Assembly: GCA_964106645.2 (NCBI GenBank)
Contig: OZ067045.1
Source of the DNA: Podarcis pityusensis
Taxonomy: Eukaryota
Length of the DNA: 64,000 nucleotides
Direction: 5' to 3' (one strand)
Positions 47,873 through 59,723 of this stretch are shown here, piece after piece; within the stretch, counting starts at the first letter, position 1, and the number at the start of each line of letters is the position of its first letter. A program made the position numbers and the translations under genes. The notes beneath the pieces are model-generated. The model was not told where the DNA came from and did not search any database. It was given only the letters and a program-made list of their open reading frames with translations.

Positions 47873-47913
<41 letters not shown>
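47873..47913. repeat. (AG)n microsatellite
   Basis: Direct inspection. Confidence 0.95.
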
Positions 47914-47915
<2 letters not shown>

Positions 47916-47924
47916 GTTCTTCTC

Positions 47925-48080
47925 CCCCTCTCATAACTAGAACTCATGAACATCCAAGGAAGCTAAATGTTGGGAAACTCAGAACAGTCAAAATAAAGCA
48001 CTTCTTCACACAGTGCAGAGTTAAACTATGGCTTTTGCTGTCATGTGAGGCAGTGATGGCCACCGACTTGGATGGTCTTC
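47925..48080 (+). mobile_element. CR1 fragment
   Basis: Encodes RTHEHPRKLNVGKLRTVKIKHFFTQCRVKLW. Confidence 0.65.
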
Positions 48081-49035
48081 TTACAATTCAGCTCATCTGC
48101 AAGTAAATTAGGCAGCCACACGGGTTTCTTTAGGTGCCTACCATTTTTCTTTCTTGTGGGAATTGTCTGGATTTGTGCCTTCAGTATTTTACCTTTAAGA
48201 AACTCCCACCCATCTCAAACTCTCTTCTCTTTGAGTATTTCTGACCATGGGATATCACCTTGTAGCTCCTTAAGCTACTTGAAGTCAGCCTTCTTAAATT
48301 CCAGGGTGCATGCCCTACTACACACAGCTTTTCCTTGCCTGTGTATATGATGAGTTATCTCTTTGGGATCCAAATGGGGTTTTAGTCAGCCTTGTTGCCA
48401 CTGGATTCCTGTCTTTCCATTGTCTTCCCTCCTTCCCTGCCCCCCTTACAGAGAAAAAACATCAACCCATTGACACATATTCCAGGGGTTTCATCCTCCA
48501 TCGTGTGCAAAGGTTCTTTTGTGTCCTAAGCCCAGCCTCCCGCCACACTGCAGCCAGTCAGCACTCTCCTTGGCTAGAACACAATATGTAAGTCAAAAGT
48601 ACAACTCCTGAGCGTTAAGCGTCATCCTCGGCCGCGACGCTGCCTGTCCTTGCTGAATATATTTCTATAGATTTGTCAGGGAAGCAAAAGCTACTGTACA
48701 AAGTCATTACTGTACAGCTGGAAAAAGAGAGGTAAAAGCCAAGCAGGAAAATATATGACCACTGTTGCCTGCCCAGAATGTGCCCTTGAAGGAACGACAG
48801 TCATACTGTGCTGTGTCAGTTTGAAATGAACAAAACACAATTGGAGAGAGAAAGAGATATAGAAAAAAAGCAAACCCCAAGTGAATGTGCTGAGCTACTG
48901 AAAACTTGAAATGGCTCCACCTTCTCCATCAGAAAGCCTGCCCAGACAACTCAACTAGAACTGCAGGTCAGAATAGAGCTGGGGTGACTTTGTGAATGGG
49001 TGTGTATAAGGGAGACTATGTTTATTTTTTTACAA

Positions 49036-49148
49036 GAGCCAGTGTGGTGCGGTGATTAGTGTTGGACTCGGACCCGGAAGACACCTGGGTTCAAATACCC
49101 ATTCAGCCATGAACAAAGCTCACTGGCTGTGACTTGGGGCCAGTCATT
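49036..49148 (+). mobile_element. CORE/MIR-like SINE 5' half
   Basis: gagccagtgtggtg...gggttcaaatacc...gtgacttggggccagtca; a possible 3' half lies at ~50275-50390. Confidence 0.6.
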
Positions 49149-49416
49149 TCATTTCATGTATTATGTTTCTATGCTCACATGAGTCAAAAGTGGTTTGCAA
49201 ACAATAAATAACAATAACAAAGAAAAACACCACAACCACCACATGAATCACATAAAATAATTAACAAATCATCAGTAAAACAATTACAAATCTTCAGCAA
49301 AACAACCACCTTCTATAAAACACTATTAACAAAACAACTAAAAAATAAGCTAAATAGCACAAGAATAGTTGTAACATTCACAAAGCATTACAGCACTCAT
49401 TATCCACAAAACAGTA

Positions 49417-49659
49417 CAGTGGTAGCTCTACTTACGGACGCGATCCATTCCGGGGTGCCGTTCGCACCCTGGAAAGTCTGTAAGTAGAGCGCTGCTTCTG
49501 CGTGTGCATGTGACGCAATCGAGTGCTCCTGCACATGTGCAAAGCATGCACAACGCTTCTGCACATGCGGCGAAACCCGGAAGTATACACTTCTGGGTTT
49601 GCCGGGTTCGCAACCCGAAAATCCACAACGTGAACTTAACACAGCTAGAGGTATGACTG
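49417..49659. mobile_element. Tigger-like MITE
   Basis: TA|CAGTGGTAGCTCTA...TAGAGGTATGACTG|TA with internal palindrome aaacccggaagt...acttctgggttt. Confidence 0.75.
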
Positions 49660-49827
49660 TATGAACAATATTAACAAACCAACAACCAAACCGAACTAAG
49701 CACTGCTGAATTCACACGCACTCTTGTCACCCCCACGACTCATAGTCTTCCATTCAGTTCATCAGAAGATGCATACACATAATGCCAGTGGCAGAAACTC
49801 CATTCTGAGGGCTCCTAAAGCTGGAGG

Positions 49828-50207
49828 CAATGTTGGATTTACGTATAAGCTAAACAAGCTATAGTTAAGGCCCCACTCTCTTGGGCCCCCCAAAAAAATT
49901 TAAAGAAAAAAAACCTGGATGTACATTTCCAAAATATAAGATAAAACACAAATAAAATAAAACCTACATACAGCAACAGTATTTTGTTTTGTGTAGGCTC
50001 CTATGATGTAAGTAATGGGCCTCGCCTGCTAGTCTGCTCCCTAAAATATCACTGGTTAGATACCTATTAGGTCCATAAATTACCATATAGCATATATTCA
50101 ACACAAAAAACAGCAACAATTTGTTGTTGACAAAGGGCAGCTGGATTTATAAAGGGCCCCAATACCTTCAGGAGCTTAGGGCCTCATCAAACCTAAATCT
50201 GGCCCCA
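49828..50207. mobile_element. hAT (Tip100-like) MITE
   Basis: Perfect 8-bp TSD GCTGGAGG (49820-49827, 50208-50215); decayed TIR ...ggattta / taaatctggcccca. Confidence 0.75.
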
Positions 50208-50449
50208 GCTGGAGGGTGGGACAAGGCAGGTAGAATAAGCCATTGCCTGATGGTCAGCACAAAGTCCCATTCCCCTCACTGCCTCTCAGTCTAATCTACC
50301 TCACAGAGTTGCAGTGGGGATTAAAAATGAGGTGTGGGGAGAACCATGTAAGCCATCTTTAGCTCACGGGGGGGGGGGGGCGGGATGTGGGCTATTATGT
50401 TCCACTGCTTTCCAGGCCCCTGCCTGCCGCAATGAGCCTCAGTCTAGAG

Positions 50450-50634
50450 CAGGGGGAGTCAACCTTTTTATACCTACCGCCCACTAATGCATCTTTCTTG
50501 ATGGTAAAATTTCCTTACTGCCCACCAGCGCTCAATGGAAGGAGGATTCAGCTGTGCCGTAGAAGCCCCTACCACCCACCTAGAATCCCGAAACGCCCAC
50601 TAGTGGGCAGTAGGGACCAGGTTGACAACCCCTG
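50450..50634. mobile_element. hAT (Charlie-like) MITE
   Basis: Perfect TSD GTCTAGAG; TIR CAGGGG(GA/TT)GTCAACCT. Confidence 0.9.
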
Positions 50635-51911
50635 GTCTAGAGGGTGAACAGACAAGGGCATTCCATTCCATTTTCTCCTTGCTGGCAGGTGTCACCCCAT
50701 GCCAACATCCCTGTGTGGTTGGCAGTAGGTCCAGGAGCTGAAGTGGCATCACGGACTGCTGTTGGGGACCCTTGTAGCAGGGTTGCCATATGCTTGGAAT
50801 GTCCCACGCATATACAGAATACTGCAGTCAACAGCAGTGCCCTGGTGGAGATCAACAAAAACGTCCACAGGAATTCGGATATATGGCACACCATGTTGGC
50901 AGTGCCATTTTTGCCGATCTCCCAGAAAAATAGCTAAAAAATGGCATCCCCCCCCCATGGTTTTGCAAAAAAAAGGCTAGCGGCAAAAGTAGGCAGTGAG
51001 GATGAGCGGCAAGAGTAAAGGCAATGAAGCATCATAGTGGGGGGGGGGGTGTCCTTGATTTTGCGTAGAAAAAGTTGGATGGTATGCCTGCCTGCTGTCT
51101 CACAACTTGATGAGAAGACCTTCAAGCAGACTTGGGCTGTTTCCCTGCTTTTGTCCTGCTGTGCATTTCCTACAACTGCTGCTGCTTCCACCCAGGGCCT
51201 CATTTTGCTCCATCTTGGTGCAAAACTTACTAAAAGAGGAATGAAGGACAACAAGGTGACCCCAAGCTTGGAATCCTGAAATGACAACCCCAAGGAACTG
51301 GTTAAACTTTGCCAGCCTTCCCTGCCTGAGGCTAGATTTATTGTGGCCAACGGAGAATGTGAAAGGAGGAAAATAATTAGGACAGCAAGAGGGAGAGAAA
51401 GCATTGTTTAAATTAATTATGCCACAGACTGCCTCTCACATGGACTCATGTGGTGGGTTTCAGTCTCTGCCAGGTGGCAGGTGGGCTCCACAGGAGACCC
51501 AAATCCCTCTTCTCCAAGTGTGGGGGGGACGACGACACTAAACAAGGACGTTTGTGTTTCTTTCTCAGAGGCAAAGGGAGCTGGGAGGAGTAGGAGGAAT
51601 AGGACCTTTTCCTTCGTCAGGGCTGAAAATAAAACTGAAATATTGCAATGCCCTCATACGGGTCTACTTGGAATACTGTGTGCAGTTCTGCTTGTGCATC
51701 TGAAAAGAGTATCATGAAGAGCAGAAAGGAGCTAAAAATGATTGGGTGGGGTAACAATTCTCTTATGAGAGTAGGGTATATTTGTGACTTCTTATTTTGA
51801 AGAAAAAAGTTTGTAATAGGGAACATGAGAGAGCTGCATTAAGCTAGGCAGGTTGTGCACAAAGTGGTTAGAGCAAAATTTAGTCATAATGGTTGTATGT
51901 CACTTCTAGTG

Positions 51912-51955
<44 letters not shown>

Positions 51956-51998
51956 TGTATACATACATACATACATACATACACACGCCACACACACA
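51912..51998. repeat. (TC)n(TG)n(ACAT)n compound microsatellite
   Basis: Direct inspection. Confidence 0.95.
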
Positions 51999-52129
51999 GA
52001 GGCAATTTTTTCATGCATTTTTTTTACCTGCTCCTGCTCAGTATCATATTTCAAAAATAATGTGTGAATTTTGGCCAGCACATGTTTATTTGTCATCATA
52101 ATTACGTACGTTCTCGCACTCTGAAGTGT

Positions 52130-53337
52130 CTCTTATTTGACCATTAATTCTAAGCTATTCCTGTGCACTACCTTGGCTTTTTATTATTCTAAATAAATTT
52201 AAAAATCACTTGTCGCCATTTATTTAATACCAACTTTAATATTTTTTTAATAGTCAAGAGTTGAAATAATAGAAAATGGAAGTACTACCATCTTTACTGC
52301 AGAGATCCTATTTGAAAAAGACAAATATATATTTTGCAATTCCAGCAACATGGAACAACATTCTCTATACTAAGGTTCATAGTTATTTATTTACCCAATG
52401 GCTTATTTACCCAATATCTATATGTTTCTTGTAATTGTTTTTTTCCATACATCTACTATATTTATGTCTCCAAATTCTGTTTTATTCCGTTTATTTAAGC
52501 TGCATTCTGTCATTCTACCATATGCTAAGATTAGTTTTTCTACTTCCATTAAAAAATGAAGGGATAATCCAGAATTAATATTATATTATCTGCATATAGC
52601 TTGATTTTCTCCTTTTTGTCTTAAATTTTCATTCCATGTATATTATCATCGTATCTTAAATTGATTGCCATGGATTCTACAGCCAACACAGATACAAAGT
52701 GGTGATAAAGGGCACCCCATCTGGTGCCTTTAGCTAAATTAAAGATTTTTGAAACTATCCCATTTGTATGTATTTTAGTACTTGGATCTGTATAAAAAGC
52801 TGTTACTCATGAATTAAAAGAATCCCTTAAATGAAACTTTCTCAAAGAAAAGTGCCATTCAATATTATCAAAGGCTTTCTCCGCACCCAAAAGAAGCAAG
52901 TTTCCTGTTTAATATTACAAGTGTGATCTAAGATATGTATGATCTTATGAATATTATTGTTCATCCTTCAACCTCCCAAAAGCTAGATTGATCCAAGTTT
53001 ATAAATGTACCAATTATAGTATTCAAACCTTTTGCTAAGATTCCAGTAAAAATCTTGTAATCGATATGTTTGTAACTGATGAAGAATCCTCAACTTCTTA
53101 GGGAATGGCAACAGTATATGCTTCTTTTCATGATTCTGGAATTCTCTTCCTTTCCATAATTAAATTTATTGTTTTAGCTAAAGGTTTTGCTAACAATGAA
53201 GAACTCTAGCCCAATGGTTGCCATCAATTTGATTTGAACTGATTTTATAATGAAATGATTTTAGAATGCTGTATTATTTTACTGTTGTTAGCCGCTCTGA
53301 GCCCGGCTTTGGCTGGGGAGGGCGGGATATAAATAAA

Positions 53338-53369
<32 letters not shown>

Positions 53370-53840
53370 AGATAGTTTTTGTATATATATGAATAGATAG
53401 AGATATTGATAGATAGATAGATAGATAGATAGGTAGGTAGATAGAAGATAGATAGAAGATAGATAGAAGATAGATAGACGATAGATATATTTCTGTAAAC
53501 ACATTTTGGAGCTTTACTTAAAATAAAAACAAAAATCATTGTGTCTTATATTTCAGTCCCTGAAATCAGCAGCTCAAAATTAAGTTTATCTGTTAAAGTA
53601 AAATTTGGGATTTTTATGTCTGAAAGAGAAGCTGAGCTATATCCCTTGGTTCAGTTTTCTTTAGTACAGTTTTGATTAGATATCAAGGAAATAAACAAAT
53701 ACCTGACTTTTAGAAGACATCTGAAAGCAACCCTGGATTAGGAAATTTTTATTGTCTAATGTTTTACCATTTTTATGTGCTGTAAGCCACCCAGAGTGGC
53801 TGGGGAAACCGTGCCAGATGGGTGGGATATAAATAATAAA

Positions 53841-53876
<36 letters not shown>

Positions 53877-54975
53877 GATATATATTTGAAACCCACTTGC
53901 AATTTCATCATTAGATGTTGTAAATCCTCCCTCTTTCTTTACAGGGGGTGTCAAATACTTTACTGTCCCTTATTTAGTTGAGGAGCAAACAGTTTTCCAT
54001 CTTCATTTCCCCTTCAAATAAAACTTACATGTATTTAGCAAAGCTTTTACACATATTTAGTTTGTTTAAGTTACTACTTAACCCGGCTTCTTTTGTTTCG
54101 TTAACAATTTGGTAATTTCCTCTATTAAATTTGTTCTATTCCTTTCCCAAATTCTTATAATCTGCTCCTAATGCTGTCAACTGATCTGTAATGAATGTTT
54201 TACTTGCACCCCAAACTGTTGTTGCAGAGAGCCTGTCAGATTCATTTAAAAGAAACAAATTCATCAATTCTTCTTGGCATTTGTTCACTACTTCTGAATT
54301 TTTAAAGGAGAAAATCATCTGACCTCCATTGAACACACACACACACACACACACACACCATTTCTATGTCTCCCTAATACTATGAGGTTATGATTTGCAT
54401 AGAGATTTGTCTCTGCTTTTATACTATACAACTCTTTATATTATATTAGGGGTCATTTATAGTATATCATTGCTATTCTTAAACGTAATGAATGTGAGGT
54501 GGAATAAAATAAATAGTCCCTTTGATCTTTATAATAGTTTACATAAGGACTTTCGTGTTGGTTCCCACAATACCTGCTAATTTCCCAGATTGTTCATTTC
54601 TACTAGTAAGATCAATCTTATTTATTGATTTCTCACCCTTGGGATCATATAATATCACTTCTAGAAATAATCAATATTATATTAATCAATATTCTATCTA
54701 TCAGTATTAGAAACACACACTGATTTCAATATCATTTCTCCCAGTGGACCTGATAAATTTAAAAAGAATATTTCCACATGCCATTCATTCAAATACACTG
54801 ACATCCCTCTAGCCCTTTTCATACCACATGCTATGTACCATAATCCAAGAAATCAATTTTTAATAAGTTCTCACATTTTAATATGAGTTTCTTGTAAGCA
54901 AATTACACCTGCTTTTTCCTTTTTTAAATTTAAATTCTTTTCTTTATGTCACATTATTGATATATTGAACACTAG
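52130..54975 (-). mobile_element. Highly decayed L1-clade LINE ORF2 fossil (endonuclease + RT)
   Basis: Minus-strand motifs in the expected order: CLQETH (54900-54883), AEKAFD (52884-52867), frameshifted GTR.GCPLSP (~52730-52699), YADN (52596-52585). Confidence 0.75.
53240..53880 (+). mobile_element. Two L2-like 3' ends with (ATT)n tails plus a (GATA)n microsatellite, inserted in the L1 fossil
   Basis: gggcgggatataaataaa+(att)n at ~53320-53368; gtaagccacccagagtggctgggg...ataaataataaa+(att)n at 53690-53876; (gata)n at 53390-53488. Confidence 0.6.
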
Positions 54976-56087
54976 TAGTAATTGTCTTCCTACTCTTGGC
55001 TCTGGTTGGTAGTCCTCAAGATTCTAATAAAACAAAGCTGAAAATTTGCCAGCCCCTGGGCTAAGGAACTGGATTACAAGAGATAAAAAGTGGAAGAAAG
55101 ATAGATTGTAAAAAAGTTAGTGTGGGGGGACTTTGCTTTGAGTGACCGACATATTCTCTTTGCATCTGTCACACGTCTGCTAATCAGGGGTGTCAGTGAG
55201 AACAACAGATTGTCACATATCTCACACCTTGAAAAGAGCAGCAAGGGCACTAGTGAATTGTGGGTAAGGGATTCTCTTCAGCACAGCACCTGCCAAGGGG
55301 CTTCATTTGACCCAACCACCTCCCTCCAGCGTTTTCATTCTGGCTTGCTGTCAGGCCTTTGGAACTCTTTGACTGAGAAGTAACCGATGCCTTTATTACA
55401 CATGCCGGTGTTGTGCAATCGTTCATATTCATTTTCATTCTCTTTCTGTAGAAGCAGGAAATCACCTTTCATCCTTTCCTCCAAAGATATTTCAAAACCA
55501 GCCCTTGGGATTGTTGGCTGCCTGAAACTGACGGGCATTAATTGCGCCTGTTTTGTCAGGCGAGAAAATTAGAGCCTGCAGACCTGGGAACAGCATGCCA
55601 TTGTCCTTGTATGTAGTCTGCTGGCTTTCTGACATGTTTGCCTTTATCCTGCCTGCCAATCCTAGAGCCAAAGAAAGCCCTAGCCTTTGGTGTCAAACTC
55701 AAAGCCCTTCTTCCTCCTGCTATGCAGATGTTTCCAACTTCTGAGACATCATGAAGGAGAATGAAAAAGCCATGGGGAAACTATTCAGGCAGAAATTTGA
55801 ATATTTTCGACACTCTCCAGTGTGTCCTCCGTTGAGTATGGTCTTTAGTACAGTTCTTCTGTTCTGGACAAACCAGTTTTGCCACTGAGTTATCCCCTTG
55901 GGGGCATCCAGCATTTGTTCCAGGTACATATGCTGCTCTCCAGCGTGCTGTCTGGATATGTCCTTGTACTCATATCCACCTGAAACACTGAACCTTTTGG
56001 AGTCCTACATTAATGTTATGAGTCAGCTAAATCTGCACTATCCTCTTCTGTGAGTCATCCCCTGCCGGGGGCACTGATTGGCTGGGG

Positions 56088-56457
56088 CACAAGAACAAAA
56101 GAAGAGCCCTGCAGCTGGATAAGGCCAGTGGCCTATCTAGTCCAATATCCTGTTCTCACAATGGCCAATCAGGTTCCTATGGGAAACCCACAAGCAGGAT
56201 TCGAGCACAAGAGCACTTGCCCATACTGTGGTCTCCAGCAACTGGTATTAAGATGCATTGCTGCCTCCAGCTGTGAAAGCAGAGCAGAGCCATCATGGCT
56301 AGTAGTAACTGATAGCCCTCTCCTCCATGAATTCATCTTGATCTCTTTGAAAGTCATCTAGGTTGGTTGCCATCACTGCCTCCTGAGTTGCACGAAGAAG
56401 TACTTTCTTCTGTCTGTCCTCCTGACTCTTCCAACATTCAGCTTCATTGGATGTCCA
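56088..56457 (-). mobile_element. Old CR1 3' fragment
   Basis: Colinear with 20018-20400. Confidence 0.75.
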
Positions 56458-56524
56458 CCGCTTTTCCCACCCCAGGTTCAGCTGTATTCCTCAAATAGCC
56501 TCCAGTGGAACACATTTCCAGATA

Positions 56525-56765
56525 CAGTCAAGCCTCAGCTCCCGAACACCTCCATTTTGGAACATTTCAGCTCCTGAACAACAAAAACCCGGAAGTAACT
56601 GCTCTGGTTTTCAAACGATTTTTGGAAACCGAACAGCTTCCAAGGCGTTTTCTTCTTTTTTCTCTATTGAGTTTGCCGTCCACCCTTTGATCCTCAGTTG
56701 CTGAATGTTTCGGAAGTCGAATGGTCTTCCAGAATGGATTTCGATTGACAGCCAAGGTTTGACTG
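56525..56765. mobile_element. Tigger-like MITE
   Basis: TA|CAGTCAAGCCT...AGGTTTGACTG|TA. Confidence 0.75.
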
Positions 56766-57399
56766 TATCCTCAACCATCCACTGGAATTTTCAAAAGATG
56801 TGGACTTGATTGCATCTCCTTGTTAGCAACAAGTGCATATAACTTCTATTTCCATGGATTTTTCAGCATGATATATTTGTGGGCTGGGAGAAGAAATGTG
56901 GGTGGCGAATCTATGCACTACGTATTAAGCAGTAGCACTGTTTCTGAAGAATAGAGTCAGTTCTTTGTTAATTATCTCAGAACAATCTGGTGTTTATCTA
57001 ATATTTTAAAAGTGTCAGGGGGATAAATGCAGGAAGGGAAAATTGCAAGACAGAATATTTACTCACGCAGAAGGCCAAATCTTAGTTTCTTGACTGGTGG
57101 GAATAACTTAATTGGCTGCAGATATTAATGTGATTGCCAACATAACTGTGGTGATATAGGGGCAGAGCTGGCAATGCTTAGGTTCTGAGAATTCTAAACT
57201 TAACTAGCAAAACAAGCATTGTCAATCAGAGACCAGAAGACTCTGCAAATCAATGGAATGGCTGTGTCTGTGGGTTGGCATCTCTGCCATCAGACAGCCC
57301 CCGTGCCCTTCTGCACTTCCTGCTGGGCTACATTTTCATGTGCAGTATCCACACTTGCAACCCCATCACCAATGGCTATCTGAAGATGCATTGAAGTAT

Positions 57400-57760
57400 T
57401 ATGAGAAAAGGTCCGAAAAACAAGATTTATGGAACTGGGCATGTTTAGCTTGGAAAAGAAAAGACTGAGAGGTGATATTATAGCCATCTTCAAATGAAGA
57501 TGGAGCAAGCTTGTTTTCTGCTGCTCCAGAGGAAATTCCAACTAAACATTAGGAAGACATTATTGACAATAAGAGTTGTTCCGCAGTGGAACAGATTCCT
57601 TTGGAAGGTAATGGATTCTCCTTCATTGGAGGTTGTTTTTAGCAGAGGTTGGATGGCCATCTGTCAGGGATTCTGCAGCTTTGATTCCTGCAGAGCAGGG
57701 GGTGGGACCAGATGACTCTGGGAATCCCTTCCAACTCTACAATTCTCTTATTCTACATTC
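57400..57760 (+). mobile_element. CR1 3' fragment
   Basis: ggaactgggcatgtttagcttggaaaagaaaagactgagaggtg...cccttccaactctacaattct. Confidence 0.8.
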
Positions 57761-58552
57761 CAGGAAGAGTTTTACCATCTTCACTCTTTGCATGCTATCT
57801 GTGGTGTTGCCAAGTCACACCTGGCCTCTACTTCCCTCTGTCCCATGCTCTGCTTCCTGCTTGGAACTGATCCCCTCTGAGTCCTGCCAAGGCTTACCTT
57901 CCAGGTAAGTCTTATAAATGTCATGCACAGTCCTAATGCAAACCTTTCTCCTTGGCTGGGAGATACAGCCACTGTCCTGTATTTGAAACTTCCCTCTGTC
58001 TTTTTCACTGTAATCCATAAGTAGTGAAACATGCTCCCCCATAAAAGGCAGAAAAGTGAATTTCCACAATTTTGATTTCTTGTTAGAGGCACAAATACCT
58101 TAGGTACACAAGGGGGTTAATCTGCTTGAAATACCCCCCAAAATCCAGTTCCAGGGCTCCTCCTCCTCCTCCTCTTCCTTTGTCCCCCACAGGTTTTAAG
58201 AAAGAAAACTTCCATCTGTTTTCTTGACTACAAGCCCCAGGATGGGATTCTGCTCAACACAGCAGATGGGAAACGACATGTAAATTTGCAGGGTTGAGCT
58301 AACAAAACTCGCAACACTGTAATCTTTATAGAGGAAGGAGTTTGTGTGAATTCTCTGCTTCATTGATCTTGTTGAGGCCTGTTCATCACTGATGCCACCC
58401 TGACTGACATGGGTTCTAGTGAATAGGGAACAACACTTTGGGCTGTAGATCTAGACATTTTCACTGTCTCATGACACCTTGGTGATAATACATTAGAATT
58501 CTGTGTATATAATTTTTAAATGGATAGGGTACCCTTTTTGTAGGCTTTCATC

Positions 58553-58703
58553 AGGTCCCAGGTTCAATCCATCTAGTCTCCATTTAAAGGAATCACTGGT
58601 AGTGCAACAGCCACCATCTTGGAGAGGCAGTAACCGTCAGATAGAGACAAACCAGGGCTCGACAGACCAATGATCTGACTCATTGTAAGGCGGCTGCATG
58701 CCC
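58553..58703 (+). mobile_element. 5'-truncated Squam3-type SINE
   Basis: aggtcccaggttcaatcc...gaccaatgatctgactcattgtaaggcggctgcatg. Confidence 0.6.
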
Positions 58704-58843
58704 ATTCTCAAATCTTGGGGTGGGGGACAGAGCTTAGGACTAGAAGTACCAAATCCAAATTCCATCTTCTACAGACTAAAAGATCTTGGGTGGCAAAGTG
58801 GAGAAATACATTGGAAAACCACTGCCATTTGGAGTAGACCAGC

Positions 58844-59447
58844 TGTGCTGGACCCGGGGGGGGTGTTACCGAGAGGCGTGGTCAAAGTCCGGTCCTGGGT
58901 CGAGGGTCTGGAGACTGTCCACCAAGGGCGAAGCGGGGTCCAAAGCAAGAAGCCGGGCGTGGTCGGGAACTCCGGAAGAACAGGTCTGGGTGCTGGCAGA
59001 AACAGGTTTCCAACAACGTTGCTCCCGCAACCTGGGACTGGGCTGACTGGCCTTTATCTCCTCTGAGGCCAGGGGCGGTCCCGGCCCACAGGTGACCCAC
59101 CTCTCCTGGCCTTAAGGCGAGCACTCCTCCTGAGAGAACTTAGTTCCCTCCGCCTCTCTGTCCTGAGCCTCTGCAGCTCAGGACAGGCTGGAGGGTTACT
59201 GGACCCATGGGCAGCTTCACCTTCCTCTGACAGGGCTGGGAGAGGCGCACCTGCAGGCAATGGGTCCTCAATCACCTCCGGAGCCAGAGTGGCTACATCT
59301 TATGTCTGCTCCTGAGGATCCGGCACAGGTGCAGGCCCTTCAGATTCAAGCCCCTGCCACGGCTCAGCCGGCCCTGGAGGCAGGGACCCCTGTGCAAGCT
59401 GGGACTACTCAGGTTCAGCTTCTGAATCAGATTCCCAGGCCATCACA
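58844..59447 (-). mobile_element. Solo LTR, 604 bp, GC-rich (Gypsy-like)
   Basis: TG...CA ends with termini TGTGCTGG/TGTGATGG; perfect 5-bp TSD CCAGC (58839-58843, 59448-59452). Orientation is tentative. Confidence 0.8.
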
Positions 59448-59723
59448 CCAGCCTTTGCCAACCTGGTGCCCTCCAGAGGTTCCAGACTACAGCTCCCAGC
59501 ACCTCCAACTTGCATGGCTGATGGACAAACCAGGGCAGTGTACAAGTGAAAGTATGGATGAGCCCTAAGACTGATGTATTAACAGGCAAGTCCTGACATC
59601 AGTAATGATGTGCAATATCACCAACTGAGCTTGCTCACAACTTGCTCTCCATGGATTCCCCCCTTGCCACACATTTCCATGGTCTTTCACTCTCAAATCA
59701 AACGGGGGGATGGAGCACCTGTT

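Noticed and set aside
55728-55888. Exon-like stretch after a pyrimidine tract and CAG
   Set aside because: Translation (MKENEKAMGKLFRQKF...) is unrecognised, with no clean donor or partner exons.
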